From: Candidatus Binataceae bacterium
GTDB lineage: Bacteria; Desulfobacterota; Binatia; Binatales; Binataceae
Direction: 5' to 3'
Length of the DNA: 64,000 bases
Assembly (NCBI GenBank): GCA_035294265.1
Contig: DATGLK010000010.1
Location: forward strand, 126,858 to 190,857
This document shows positions 40,849 through 49,855 of this stretch, piece by piece (position 1 is the first letter of the stretch; every line of letters begins with the position of its first letter). The notes beneath the pieces are model-generated. The model made no database searches and was not told where the DNA came from. It saw only the letters and a program-made list of their open reading frames with translations. The position numbers were made by a program, and so were the translations under genes.

Positions 40849-41635
40849 GCGCGCATTAATCAGACCAGCTCCAGCCAAGCGCGAATCGCACGGCTTGGAA
40901 ATCGCCGATGCGGCGCGGCTCATCGTTGCGGGGGATGAAGCCTCGGCCGCAATTCAGGACCGGCTGTTCGAGCAGCTCGCAATCGTGGGTAAGGCGGTCG
41001 CCAGCAAGCAGCGGCTCAAACTGCTGGAGCTGCTGGCCCAAACCAATCGCACAGTTGAGGCGCTGGCCCGCGAAGCTAATCTGTCCGTGGCCAACGTGTC
41101 GCAGCATCTTCAAGTGCTGCGCGCCGCCGGCATCGTCGAAGCAAACCGAGCGGGCCTTTTCGTCTCGTACCGGTTGGCGGGTCCCGACGTGCTCGCATTA
41201 CTTACAGCTATTCGCTCAGTCGCCGAGAAGCGCCTGGGAGAGATCGATCGCTTGATGCGCTCTTACTTGGCCAATGCCGACGATCTTGAGCCGCTGACCA
41301 ATGCCCAATTGCTGCGAAGACTGCGTACCGGCGACATCATCGTCATCGACGTCAGGCCGGCGGAGGAATACGCCGCAGGCCACTTACCCGGAGCAATCTG
41401 CATGCCGCTCCCTGAGTTGAAGGAGCGCCTTAAGGAACTTCCAACCAACAAAGAGGTGATCGCCTATTGCCGCGGCCCCTACTGTCTGCTCGCACATCGC
41501 GCAGTTGCCCTGTTGCGCCACCGGGGCAGGCGAGCACGCCGTTTGCGCGAAGGATTTCCGCAGTGGCAGGCCGATGGCATGCCAGTCAACAGTGGGCTCG
41601 AACCCGCCGACGACCATAAACGGCCAACTCTCTGA
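40838..41635 (+). CDS. ArsR/SmtB-family HTH regulator fused to a rhodanese domain
   Basis: ArsR HTH (LKLLELLAQTNRTVEALAREANLSVANVSQHLQVLRAAGIV). Rhodanese active-site loop (AYCRGPYC). ATG overlaps the RND stop by 11 nt. Confidence 0.7.
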   Translation: MSGRRALIRPAPAKRESHGLEIADAARLIVAGDEASAAIQDRLFEQLAIVGKAVASKQRLKLLELLAQTNRTVEALAREANLSVANVSQHLQVLRAAGIVEANRAGLFVSYRLAGPDVLALLTAIRSVAEKRLGEIDRLMRSYLANADDLEPLTNAQLLRRLRTGDIIVIDVRPAEEYAAGHLPGAICMPLPELKERLKELPTNKEVIAYCRGPYCLLAHRAVALLRHRGRRARRLREGFPQWQADGMPVNSGLEPADDHKRPTL

Positions 41636-41639
41636 CGCT

Positions 41640-43094
41640 TCAGGGCTCGGCGGGCGGGGCGGAATTGCGCGCGGGAGGCTCGCCTGGAGGCGTCATGGTT
41701 TGCAGAAAATCCACGATCGCATCGACTTCCGACGGACTCAAGTTGCTGCCATAGGCGGGCATGTTACCACCGCCCTGCAGAATTTGACGAATCAGTTCGT
41801 TGCGCGTAAGCCGAGTGGCCACGTTGTCGAGCATCGGACCGCGTTTGCCGCCTTGACCGCCCAGCGCATGGCAGTTGCGACACTGTTTATCCTGGATGAG
41901 CAGCGCCCCCTGCAGTTGCAGCGGTGTGCGCCCCTTGACGTAATCCACAGGAGTTGGCACCGCGCTCCAGGCATCCATCACCGGCGACCAGGGCGAACTG
42001 AGGCCCAGCCAGGTCATCGTGGCAAAGAGCAGAAAGGCCAGAATCACGAAGACCACCGCGAAGGGGCGGCGGCGAAAGCTTTTTTCCCCAGTGCCGGAAT
42101 AAAATGGCAGGCCAATCAGAATGGCAATCAGCACCACCGGCCCGACCAGGATCAAAAAAGTCTCGGTCCAGGGCGGAAGTAGGGCGAAGAGGGCGAACAA
42201 CCACAGAAAAAAAATGTCAGGGCGGGGCACGGTTTCGATGATCGACGGATCGGGCCGCCCGTTGGGGCCAATCGGGCCGGCCAGCGCCGCCACAATCAGC
42301 AAAGCCAACACGATCAGCCCGGCAAAAATCAGATCTTTTTGCGCCGCCCAAGGAAAAAAGCTCTCGCCGTCGCGCTCCACCAGCTCGTGATATTCCCGGA
42401 GATAGGTCTCGCGCTTAACCACCCGACCCGGTACCGGCCACTCATTGATCCCTAGGCGCAAAACCAAAAACAAGTGCAGGCCGACAAAGCCCAGCAAGAT
42501 GCCGGGAATCACGAAAACGTGCAGGGCGAAGAAGCGCGACAACGTCTCGCCCGCGATAATCGGACCGCCCAGCAGCAGATGGACAAGACGCGGTCCAAGC
42601 AGCGGCACTCGTCCCATGATCGCGGCCGCGATGCCCAGTCCCCAGTAGGCGTCTTGGTCAAAGCGCAGCACCTGCCCGGTGAAGGCCATCCCCAGCGTGC
42701 ACAGCAGCAGAACCACGCCAGCCAGCCAGGTCAGCTCGCGCGGATACTTGTAAGCGCCGAATAGGAAGACCTGGATCAGATGGATGAACATCAGGGCCAC
42801 CATGAAATTAGAGCCCCAACCATGCAGCGCACGTAGGTACCAGCCCAGCGGCTCCTGGTAATTGAGATAAATCAAGCTGTTCCAGGCGCGGTCGGCGGCA
42901 GGTACGTAAACCGTGGCCAGGCAGATCCCGGTGACGATCTGCAGGATCAGTACGGTAAAGGTCGCGCTACCAAAGACATACCACCAACTGGCCGAGTTGC
43001 GCGGTACTCGATGGCGGGCGGCTTCCTCGATCGCCCCCGCCAGATGGGTACGTTCCTCGAGCCATCCGCCGATCGCTCTTAACCAGCGCTGCAT
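41640..43094 (-). CDS. qcrB: Cytochrome b of a bc-type complex with fused C-terminal mono-heme cytochrome c domain
   Basis: Cytochrome b fold with conserved heme-ligand His residues across 8+ TM helices. C-terminal CRNCH heme-c motif. Confidence 0.8.
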   Translation of the reverse strand: MQRWLRAIGGWLEERTHLAGAIEEAARHRVPRNSASWWYVFGSATFTVLILQIVTGICLATVYVPAADRAWNSLIYLNYQEPLGWYLRALHGWGSNFMVALMFIHLIQVFLFGAYKYPRELTWLAGVVLLLCTLGMAFTGQVLRFDQDAYWGLGIAAAIMGRVPLLGPRLVHLLLGGPIIAGETLSRFFALHVFVIPGILLGFVGLHLFLVLRLGINEWPVPGRVVKRETYLREYHELVERDGESFFPWAAQKDLIFAGLIVLALLIVAALAGPIGPNGRPDPSIIETVPRPDIFFLWLFALFALLPPWTETFLILVGPVVLIAILIGLPFYSGTGEKSFRRRPFAVVFVILAFLLFATMTWLGLSSPWSPVMDAWSAVPTPVDYVKGRTPLQLQGALLIQDKQCRNCHALGGQGGKRGPMLDNVATRLTRNELIRQILQGGGNMPAYGSNLSPSEVDAIVDFLQTMTPPGEPPARNSAPPAEP

Positions 43095-43109
43095 TCTCTC
43101 ATCCGTCCG

Positions 43110-43640
43110 CTAAACCTGAGTCTGACCCAAGGTGGGCAACTCGCCCGCACGCACCCAGAGCTGCCCATTGCTAATTTTGTAGGAATAGCGATAGAGCGGG
43201 CGCGGGGGCGGTCCCGAAGCCCGCCGGCCGTCGGCGTAATAGACTCCGCCATGACAGGGGCACATGAACAACTGGGATTCCTGGAACCAGCGCACCGGAC
43301 AGCCCAAATGGGTGCAATTGATGGCAAAGATTTGAAATTTATCCTGCGACAGGCGGCGCACCCAGCAGGGAATGTCAGCGGTGGAACCGTCCCAGGGTTT
43401 GACGAAGGGATTGCGATAGGTCGCCAGAAGGGTTTGGCCAAGGGGAAAATTCGTGACCGGCCCCAGCGCGATCCAGGTCAAGTAAGTGCGGCGCAAAGCC
43501 GGCGCCAGGAGATAACCCAGCACTGGAATGGCGAACAACAACGCAACGCCCGCGTTGAGCAGCGCCGCCAGCTTGAGCAACGCGCGTCGGGTGGGTTGTT
43601 CGTGCCGCTGGCCGTCGTGGGCCTGGGTCTCCTCACTCAT
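43110..43640 (-). CDS. qcrA: Rieske [2Fe-2S] iron-sulfur subunit of a bc-type complex
   Basis: CTHLGC ... CPCHGG boxes. N-terminal TM/Tat-like region (RRALLKLAALLNAG). ATG overlaps the upstream diheme cytochrome c stop (ATGA). Confidence 0.8.
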   Translation of the reverse strand: MSEETQAHDGQRHEQPTRRALLKLAALLNAGVALLFAIPVLGYLLAPALRRTYLTWIALGPVTNFPLGQTLLATYRNPFVKPWDGSTADIPCWVRRLSQDKFQIFAINCTHLGCPVRWFQESQLFMCPCHGGVYYADGRRASGPPPRPLYRYSYKISNGQLWVRAGELPTLGQTQV

Positions 43641-44368
43641 CTGCTGCTCCTGGAAAGTTGCGCGCCGACATCGCTGCTGCCTAGCGCTGGCGGCCGTTGG
43701 GCGGCCAGCCAAGTCACGATATCGGTGACTTGCGTCGCGTCGAGTGGATGGCCCGCTGAATAGCCGCGCCAATTAGGATGGCCCAAATCGGGACGCCCTG
43801 CCACGATAACGGCAGCCAAATGCCGGTCGCTGACCAGGGTCAGATAGTCGGGATTGACAATCGCGCCGGGAGTGGCGCCACCGCGCCCATCTGGTCCGTG
43901 GCAGGAGGCGCAAAAGGCGAGATAATCCTGGCGCCCTTGCCGCGGATTGCCTTCGGCGCCGGCGAAAACCGGCGCACCGACCGCCGAGCTACCTTGCCCC
44001 CACCGCTGGCTAATCCCCTCGACCAGAATAGCGATTTGGCGGTCAGTGAGCGTACCGCCGGCGGCAAGCGAAAACCCGGGCATCGCCGTTCCGGGCCGGC
44101 CGCGCGCGATTAAATCGCGCAGCACCGAGGTTCCGAGCCAATTCACCAGCACCGGATTGTCCAGCGCCATCGCCGCGCCGAAGCGGCCATCCACACCGTG
44201 ACATCCAGCGCAATTTTCGCCATAGAGCTGAGCGAAGTCGGAAACTGCGCTGGGCTGAACCGGCCGCTGGCTGGGACGCGGGCGGCCAGGCATCCCGTTG
44301 CACGCGCCCAACGCCAGCGCCCACAGCAGTGCCGCGATTCGCGAAACAACAGAGTAAGGATGGTTCAT
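43637..44368 (-). CDS. qcrC: Diheme cytochrome c (QcrC/cytochrome cc-like)
   Basis: Two CxxCH motifs (CAGCHG, CASCHG). Signal/lipobox-like N-terminus (LALGAC). Start taken at MNHPY. Confidence 0.65.
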   Translation of the reverse strand: MNHPYSVVSRIAALLWALALGACNGMPGRPRPSQRPVQPSAVSDFAQLYGENCAGCHGVDGRFGAAMALDNPVLVNWLGTSVLRDLIARGRPGTAMPGFSLAAGGTLTDRQIAILVEGISQRWGQGSSAVGAPVFAGAEGNPRQGRQDYLAFCASCHGPDGRGGATPGAIVNPDYLTLVSDRHLAAVIVAGRPDLGHPNWRGYSAGHPLDATQVTDIVTWLAAQRPPALGSSDVGAQLSRSSR

Positions 44369-45198
44369 CACTGCTGGGGCCCGCGCAAGCCCGGGGCCTC
44401 CAATCCGCTGCGAACCGCGAACGGCATGAATTGAAGCGTATGAATCCGTTCGGCGCGGGCCGTGACCAATCCCGCGGTTAGGCCAAAGCCGAATTGGCAG
44501 AGCACGAACCACCCCCAGTCGATGCGCTGATCGAGCACTGGGTTAATCACGCTCAGGCTGGCCCACAGAAAGCCGCTCCACATCAGCGGCGCGATAACCC
44601 CACCGAAGAGCACTGGTCGGCGCGGCAGCATCGGGAGCAGTACGCCGTAGAGCAGGCCAACCAGCAGCGAGACCAGGGCGTGAATCAGCGTGGCGATGAG
44701 CAGAATTTCCAGATTGAAACGCGCCAGCTCCGAGAACCTGGCGTTGGCCAGTCCGGGCATCACGCTGGCGGCCAGAATGTTGATCGGATACCAGAGGCTG
44801 CCGTAACGCGCCCAGCCGTACAGCCCTGCCATCACCGCCATGACCACTCCGCCAGCCAACCCGCCTTTGATTCCCGCCGAATATGGATAGATCTCTAGCG
44901 GGAGGACCGCGCGATTGCCCGCCTCGCCGATTTCCAGCCGCGCCGCCGCCGGATGCGGCTGCCAGGCAATCGCCGGCTGGCGTGGGAGTTCGATCGCCTC
45001 GCAATGCTCTTGCGGTATCACCTCGCGCGCCCAACCCACCGCCCCGGCAATCGCCAAGACCGCGCCCACCAGGCTCACACTCAAGTTGAGGACCAAACCA
45101 GCGAAAAGGAACGCCAGCCCCAGCGCCATGAGCATCGGCCAAGCGGTAGGCGCCGGCACCTCGATTGTTGGCTGGGTCTGTGCTTCTCGTTCGGCCAT
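44368..45198 (-). CDS. Polytopic membrane protein of unknown function inside the oxidase-bc cluster (possible caa3 assembly/accessory subunit)
   Basis: 277 aa with at least 6 predicted TM helices. No recognisable cofactor motifs. Position between ctaE and qcrC. Confidence 0.45.
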   Translation of the reverse strand: MAEREAQTQPTIEVPAPTAWPMLMALGLAFLFAGLVLNLSVSLVGAVLAIAGAVGWAREVIPQEHCEAIELPRQPAIAWQPHPAAARLEIGEAGNRAVLPLEIYPYSAGIKGGLAGGVVMAVMAGLYGWARYGSLWYPINILAASVMPGLANARFSELARFNLEILLIATLIHALVSLLVGLLYGVLLPMLPRRPVLFGGVIAPLMWSGFLWASLSVINPVLDQRIDWGWFVLCQFGFGLTAGLVTARAERIHTLQFMPFAVRSGLEAPGLRGPQQ

Positions 45199-45211
45199 CG
45201 CCTTGTCCCCT

Positions 45212-45814
45212 TCAGCGGCCCACCACGTAGACCGTAAGGAAGACCACCACCCATACGCAATCGACAAAATGCCAGTACCACGAGAGCATCTCGATCCGCT
45301 CAGCGTGGCGGCGCTCCACACTGCCGCGCAAGGTAAGCAGCAAGACGATGGCCAGACCAATCAGTCCCACGCTGACATGGAAAGCGTGCAAGCCGACCAG
45401 CGAATAATAGGTGGTGCCAAAGAGGTTGGTGTGGATGGTCAAGCCGTCGCGGTATATCAGCTCGTACCATTCACGCGCAGTGCCCAGGAGGAATTCCAAT
45501 CCCAACAACCAGGTTATCAACCACCACATTGCGAAGCGGTCGCGCGCACCGGCCCGCAAATTGCGCATCGCCAGCACGATCGTCAGGCTGCTCGAGAGCA
45601 GACAGATAGTGTTGACGATCGGTGGGCTGAGCACATCACGCGGATAGGGACCGGTCAGGCTTTTGCCGATATAAAACACATAGGCCGCAACGAAGATCGA
45701 GAAGAAGGCGCTCTCGGTCAGGATGAGGCAAAGCATCCCAACCCGCCCGCGCGCCGGACGCTCTGACTCGGTGAACGCGTACACCGCCATCGCTGGTGCC
45801 GCTGACACGCTCAT
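45212..45814 (-). CDS. ctaE: Cytochrome c oxidase subunit III
   Basis: COX III helix pattern (WWLITWLLGLEFLLGTAREW, GLHAFHVSVG, WYWHFVDCVW). ATGA overlap with the ctaD stop. Confidence 0.8.
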   Translation of the reverse strand: MSVSAAPAMAVYAFTESERPARGRVGMLCLILTESAFFSIFVAAYVFYIGKSLTGPYPRDVLSPPIVNTICLLSSSLTIVLAMRNLRAGARDRFAMWWLITWLLGLEFLLGTAREWYELIYRDGLTIHTNLFGTTYYSLVGLHAFHVSVGLIGLAIVLLLTLRGSVERRHAERIEMLSWYWHFVDCVWVVVFLTVYVVGR

Positions 45815-47490
45815 TCGTATCTCCAATCGGGGTCGTCGGGATGTTTCAAATCCCACAGTGGGCGGCGACTTTGAACCACCGGCAGCTGCGCGAAATTGTA
45901 TTCAGGCGGGGGCGAGCTGGTGGTCCATTCTAGGGTCCAGGCATCCCAGGGATCGTCGCCAGCCAGAGTCCCGTCGTACAACGAGTGGACAACATTAATC
46001 AGAAACAACAACACTGCCACGGCTTGAAAAGCCACGCCGATACTGGCGATCAAATTGAACAGCTCCAAGCCGCGGCCGGCCTGATAAATATAGATTCGCC
46101 GCGGCATCCCATACATCCCGGCCAGATGGAGCGGATCGAAGGTCAGATGGAAGCCGATCAGGAGCAGCCAGAAGTGCCATCGCCCCAGCCGCTCGCTTAG
46201 CATTCGCCCGGTCGCCTTGGGAAACCAATAGTAGATGGCGGCGAAGATCATGAAGAGGATTGCGCCGACCAGGACGTAATGGAAATGGGCGACGACAAAG
46301 TAGGTATCGGTAAGCTGCCAGTCGAAGGGCGCCACCGCCAGAATGATGCCGGTCAAGCCGGCGATCAGAAACTGAAAGAGAAAGCCCAGACAGAATAGCA
46401 TGGGCACCCGGAATCGCAGCTTACCGCCCCAGATCGTGGCCAGCCAATTGAAGATCTTAATCCCGGTTGGCACGGCGATGAGCATCGTCGAGGTGACGAA
46501 AAAAGCGTTGCCCGCCGGGCTCATCCCGACCGCGAACATATGGTGAGCCCACACCCCCAGGCTGATGAAGCCGATCGCGACCGAGGCCGCGACCATCGCC
46601 TGGTAACCGAAGATCACCTTGCGCGAGAAAACTGGGATTATCTCAGAGGCAAAGCCGAACGCGGGTAAGACCAGGATGTAAACCTCGGGGTGGCCGAAGA
46701 TCCAGAAGAAATGCTGCCAAAGCAGGGCCGAGCCACCGGCCTGAGTGTCGAAGAAATGCGCGCCCAAGTAGCGATCCAGCAGCAGCATCACTTGGGCCGC
46801 GGACAGCGGCGGCAACGCGACCAACATCAGGAAAGCGGTCACCAGGCTCAGCCAGACCAGCACGGGCATCTTGTTCAGACTCATTCCCTCGCAGCGCAGG
46901 CTCAAGGTGGTCGCGACGATGTTAATCGCGGCGGCCGTCGAGCCCACGCTGGTCAGGAAGATGCTCAGAATCCAGTAATCGGTACTGTTGCCGCGCGAAA
47001 ACGCACGCTCGGTCAGCGGCGCGTACGCAAACCAGCCTACGTTGGGCGCACTGCCCGCGCCGTACAGCCCTTCGGCACCCAGGTAGCTGAAATACAGCAG
47101 CAGCGCGCCGAACAACCACAACCAGAAGCCGAAGGCGTTAAGCCGGGGAAAGGCCATGTCCCGCGCGCCGATCATCAAGGGTAGCAGGTAGTTGATGAAG
47201 CCGATAAGAATCGGCATCCCCACCAGAAATACCATCGAGGTGCCGTGCATCGTCAACAGGCGATTGAAGACCGCGGGCGGGACCAGATGATTGTCGGGTA
47301 GCGCCAACTGCATACGCATCGTCGCCGCCTGCAATCCGGCGATCACGAAGAACAGCAGCCCCCCGCCGATATACATCAAGCCTAGCCGCTTATGATCGAC
47401 CGTCACCACCCATTGGTGGATACGCTCCAAGCGGGGCAAACGGACCGCCTCCGCCTCCAACGTCAGCGCGGGTTCGAAACTACCGGCCAT
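45811..47490 (-). CDS. ctaD: Cytochrome c oxidase subunit I (heme-copper oxidase catalytic subunit)
   Basis: 559 aa with 12 TM helices. Canonical His ligands (WFFGHPEVY, HHMF, VAHFHYVL). Confidence 0.9.
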   Translation of the reverse strand: MAGSFEPALTLEAEAVRLPRLERIHQWVVTVDHKRLGLMYIGGGLLFFVIAGLQAATMRMQLALPDNHLVPPAVFNRLLTMHGTSMVFLVGMPILIGFINYLLPLMIGARDMAFPRLNAFGFWLWLFGALLLYFSYLGAEGLYGAGSAPNVGWFAYAPLTERAFSRGNSTDYWILSIFLTSVGSTAAAINIVATTLSLRCEGMSLNKMPVLVWLSLVTAFLMLVALPPLSAAQVMLLLDRYLGAHFFDTQAGGSALLWQHFFWIFGHPEVYILVLPAFGFASEIIPVFSRKVIFGYQAMVAASVAIGFISLGVWAHHMFAVGMSPAGNAFFVTSTMLIAVPTGIKIFNWLATIWGGKLRFRVPMLFCLGFLFQFLIAGLTGIILAVAPFDWQLTDTYFVVAHFHYVLVGAILFMIFAAIYYWFPKATGRMLSERLGRWHFWLLLIGFHLTFDPLHLAGMYGMPRRIYIYQAGRGLELFNLIASIGVAFQAVAVLLFLINVVHSLYDGTLAGDDPWDAWTLEWTTSSPPPEYNFAQLPVVQSRRPLWDLKHPDDPDWRYE

Positions 47491-47505
47491 CGAGTTCTCT
47501 CCCCG

Positions 47506-48645
47506 CTAGCGCAGGCTCGCCAAGTAGGCGACCACCTGATTCAGATCGGCGGGCGACAGGTTCATCGCCGGCATTAGCACGTCGGGCTTGATGGTAGCTG
47601 GGTTGTCAACCCACACATGCAGATGGGCCGGGCTATTGAGCGCAGCGCCCGCGCCAATGGTGGCACGACTCATAAGGTGAGTCAGATCGGGACCAAAACG
47701 GCCATTGGCAACGGTGCCACGGATAGTATGGCAATTGACGCAGGCGGTGTGAAGGAACAGTTGGCGACCCGCCGCGGTACTGGCATCACGCAACGCCGGA
47801 CGCTGCTGCGCCGCCACCCACTGAGCGAACTGGGCGGGCGGCTGCGCGACCACCCGGATCAGCATCAACGCGTGCTCGCTGCCGCAAAACTCCCCGCATT
47901 GCCCCAGGTAGGTCCCCGCCCGATGGGGATCGATCCACATCTCATTGCGCCGATTGGGGATAACGTCGGTCTTGCCCGCCAACCGCGGCACCCAAAAGCT
48001 GTGCGCGACGTCAGCCGACTCCAAGGTCAGCAAGGTCGGCCGAGGATGGGCCGGATCGCTCACTGGAACGTGCAACTCGTTGGCCGTGACAATCCCCAGG
48101 CTGGGATAGCGAAATTCCCACCACCATTGATGGCCGATCACACGCACCCGCAACGCATCGGTCGGTTGCGGCGCCGCGTGCACGATGTAGATGGTGCGCC
48201 CGGTGATCAAAGTCAGCACAAACGCAATCAGCACCGGCAGCGTGGTCCAGGCAAGCTCGATCGGATTACTGCCGTAAACCTGGGGCGGCTCGCGACCGTC
48301 ATCGCCGGCGCGCTGGCGGTAGCGAATAATCGCGTAGCTCAGCAGGCCAGCCACCACCAGAAAGATTGCGCCGGTAATACTGAGTACGAAATAGGCCAGA
48401 TGCGCGATCGCCGCGGCCGGGGTCGCAACTGGCGCAAAGATGTTGTTGGGCATCAGCTTGGCGTTGGCGGCGCCGGTGCCCCAATCCTGGCCCCAGGCCA
48501 TCGCCACCCGCGCCAGGATGGTCATGCTCGCAAGCGCGGCGGCGGCCCGCCTTCCAAACCCACGCGCCGTCAAATCACGCTCCGCTGGCGCCCCGGATCC
48601 GCGCCCGGCTGTCGGGCCATTGCTCGCCGCGGTTGGAGGTCGCAC
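47506..48645 (-). CDS. ctaC: Cytochrome c oxidase subunit II with C-terminal cytochrome c domain (caa3-type); start uncertain
   Basis: CuA site (H...CGEFCGSEHALM). C-terminal CVNCH heme-c motif. The longest ORF starts at a GTG; an internal ATG (48525) is an alternative. Confidence 0.8.
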   Translation of the reverse strand: MRPPTAASNGPTAGRGSGAPAERDLTARGFGRRAAAALASMTILARVAMAWGQDWGTGAANAKLMPNNIFAPVATPAAAIAHLAYFVLSITGAIFLVVAGLLSYAIIRYRQRAGDDGREPPQVYGSNPIELAWTTLPVLIAFVLTLITGRTIYIVHAAPQPTDALRVRVIGHQWWWEFRYPSLGIVTANELHVPVSDPAHPRPTLLTLESADVAHSFWVPRLAGKTDVIPNRRNEMWIDPHRAGTYLGQCGEFCGSEHALMLIRVVAQPPAQFAQWVAAQQRPALRDASTAAGRQLFLHTACVNCHTIRGTVANGRFGPDLTHLMSRATIGAGAALNSPAHLHVWVDNPATIKPDVLMPAMNLSPADLNQVVAYLASLR

Positions 48646-48776
48646 GGCACCGCAACGAAATTACCGCATAGCAGCCGCATTGCCTCTGAATCTAATAGGA
48701 CCAGCGTTGTAACGCCAGCCGCAGTCAAAGGAATTGTCACAACCAAAGCACGGCGCGGCTCGGCTGGGCTCGATTG

Positions 48777-49736
48777 TCAGGCCGCGAACATCTCTTCGGG
48801 CTCGTACAAGCGGCTCACCAGTCCCTGCTCGTAGGCATAATGCAGTCCCATCGCGATCGCCTTGCGATTATCGGGCACCTGCAGGCCGTATTCGTCGGGA
48901 AACAGGTCCAATTCGCGCAGCAAGCGGGCCGCTGTTCCCATGTGCTCGTGCTCCTCGCCGCGCTCGAACTGGGCGTGATAATGACGGCGTGCCTGTTGGC
49001 AAACGGCCAGGAGATCGCGGGCCAAGTCGGGATATTCGCGCAGCGCCGATTGCTTGAGTGTGATTAAGGTGTTGAGGGGAAAGACCCCGGTGGCTCGCAC
49101 ATAGGCGCGAATCTCGGCGTCGGGGTCGGCGAACAGGCGCGCGGTCTGTGCGGTGGGAGGTGGACCACCGCCAGCGGCGGCGATCGCATCGACCTCGCCG
49201 CGCTCCAGCGCCCTATGAGCGTTGGGCAGACCGCGCACCGGCCGCTCCACGATCGCGCTCTTTTCGATCCAATAACGGCGCGGCCGCGGGTACTCCAGCC
49301 CGCTCATGTCCTCGTGATCCTCCACCCAGTGAATGCGCTCGCACGCGATGTCGTACTGATGGGTCAGGATGCCGCGCAACCACATCGCGTAGTTGACCCC
49401 GAAGCTGACCATCCCAATTCGCTTGCCCACCAGGTCGGCGGGCGTGTGGATATTGGCGCTCTTGTGCACCATCAGGCCGTAATGAGGAAAGAAGCGGCTG
49501 GGGAAGGCCGCGATCGCGGTCAGCGGCTGGCCGCGGTCACGCGCAATGACGTAGTTGCTAAAGCTCTGCTCGGCGATATCGTGCGAGAGCTTGGTGATCA
49601 TATCGACGAACAACGGCCAGGGGGCGGGACCAATCTCGGAGAGCTCGAGCACGTCGGGCACCTTGACCGTGCCGTCGAGCAGGAAGCGAGTGTCGTAACG
49701 ACGGGCAAGGGGAAAACTAAGTTTCGTCATCGGCAT
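48777..49736 (-). CDS. 4,5-dihydroxyphthalate decarboxylase family protein (NMT1/THI5-like fold)
   Basis: Resembles Pht5/PhtD-type decarboxylases (TKLSFPLARRYDTRFLLDG, AAFPSRFFPH, NYAMWLRGIL, EEMFA). Assignment from memory, not searched. Confidence 0.55.
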   Translation of the reverse strand: MPMTKLSFPLARRYDTRFLLDGTVKVPDVLELSEIGPAPWPLFVDMITKLSHDIAEQSFSNYVIARDRGQPLTAIAAFPSRFFPHYGLMVHKSANIHTPADLVGKRIGMVSFGVNYAMWLRGILTHQYDIACERIHWVEDHEDMSGLEYPRPRRYWIEKSAIVERPVRGLPNAHRALERGEVDAIAAAGGGPPPTAQTARLFADPDAEIRAYVRATGVFPLNTLITLKQSALREYPDLARDLLAVCQQARRHYHAQFERGEEHEHMGTAARLLRELDLFPDEYGLQVPDNRKAIAMGLHYAYEQGLVSRLYEPEEMFAA

Positions 49737-49855
49737 ACTCCAAGTCGGGGCTAAGCGCCGTACCAGACAGTCATTTCTACTTACGCAGGAACCGGCGGCT
49801 TGGCAAATCCGTGGACCGTTGACACCTTGTCAGGCTTTGCACACAGTTGCACATC

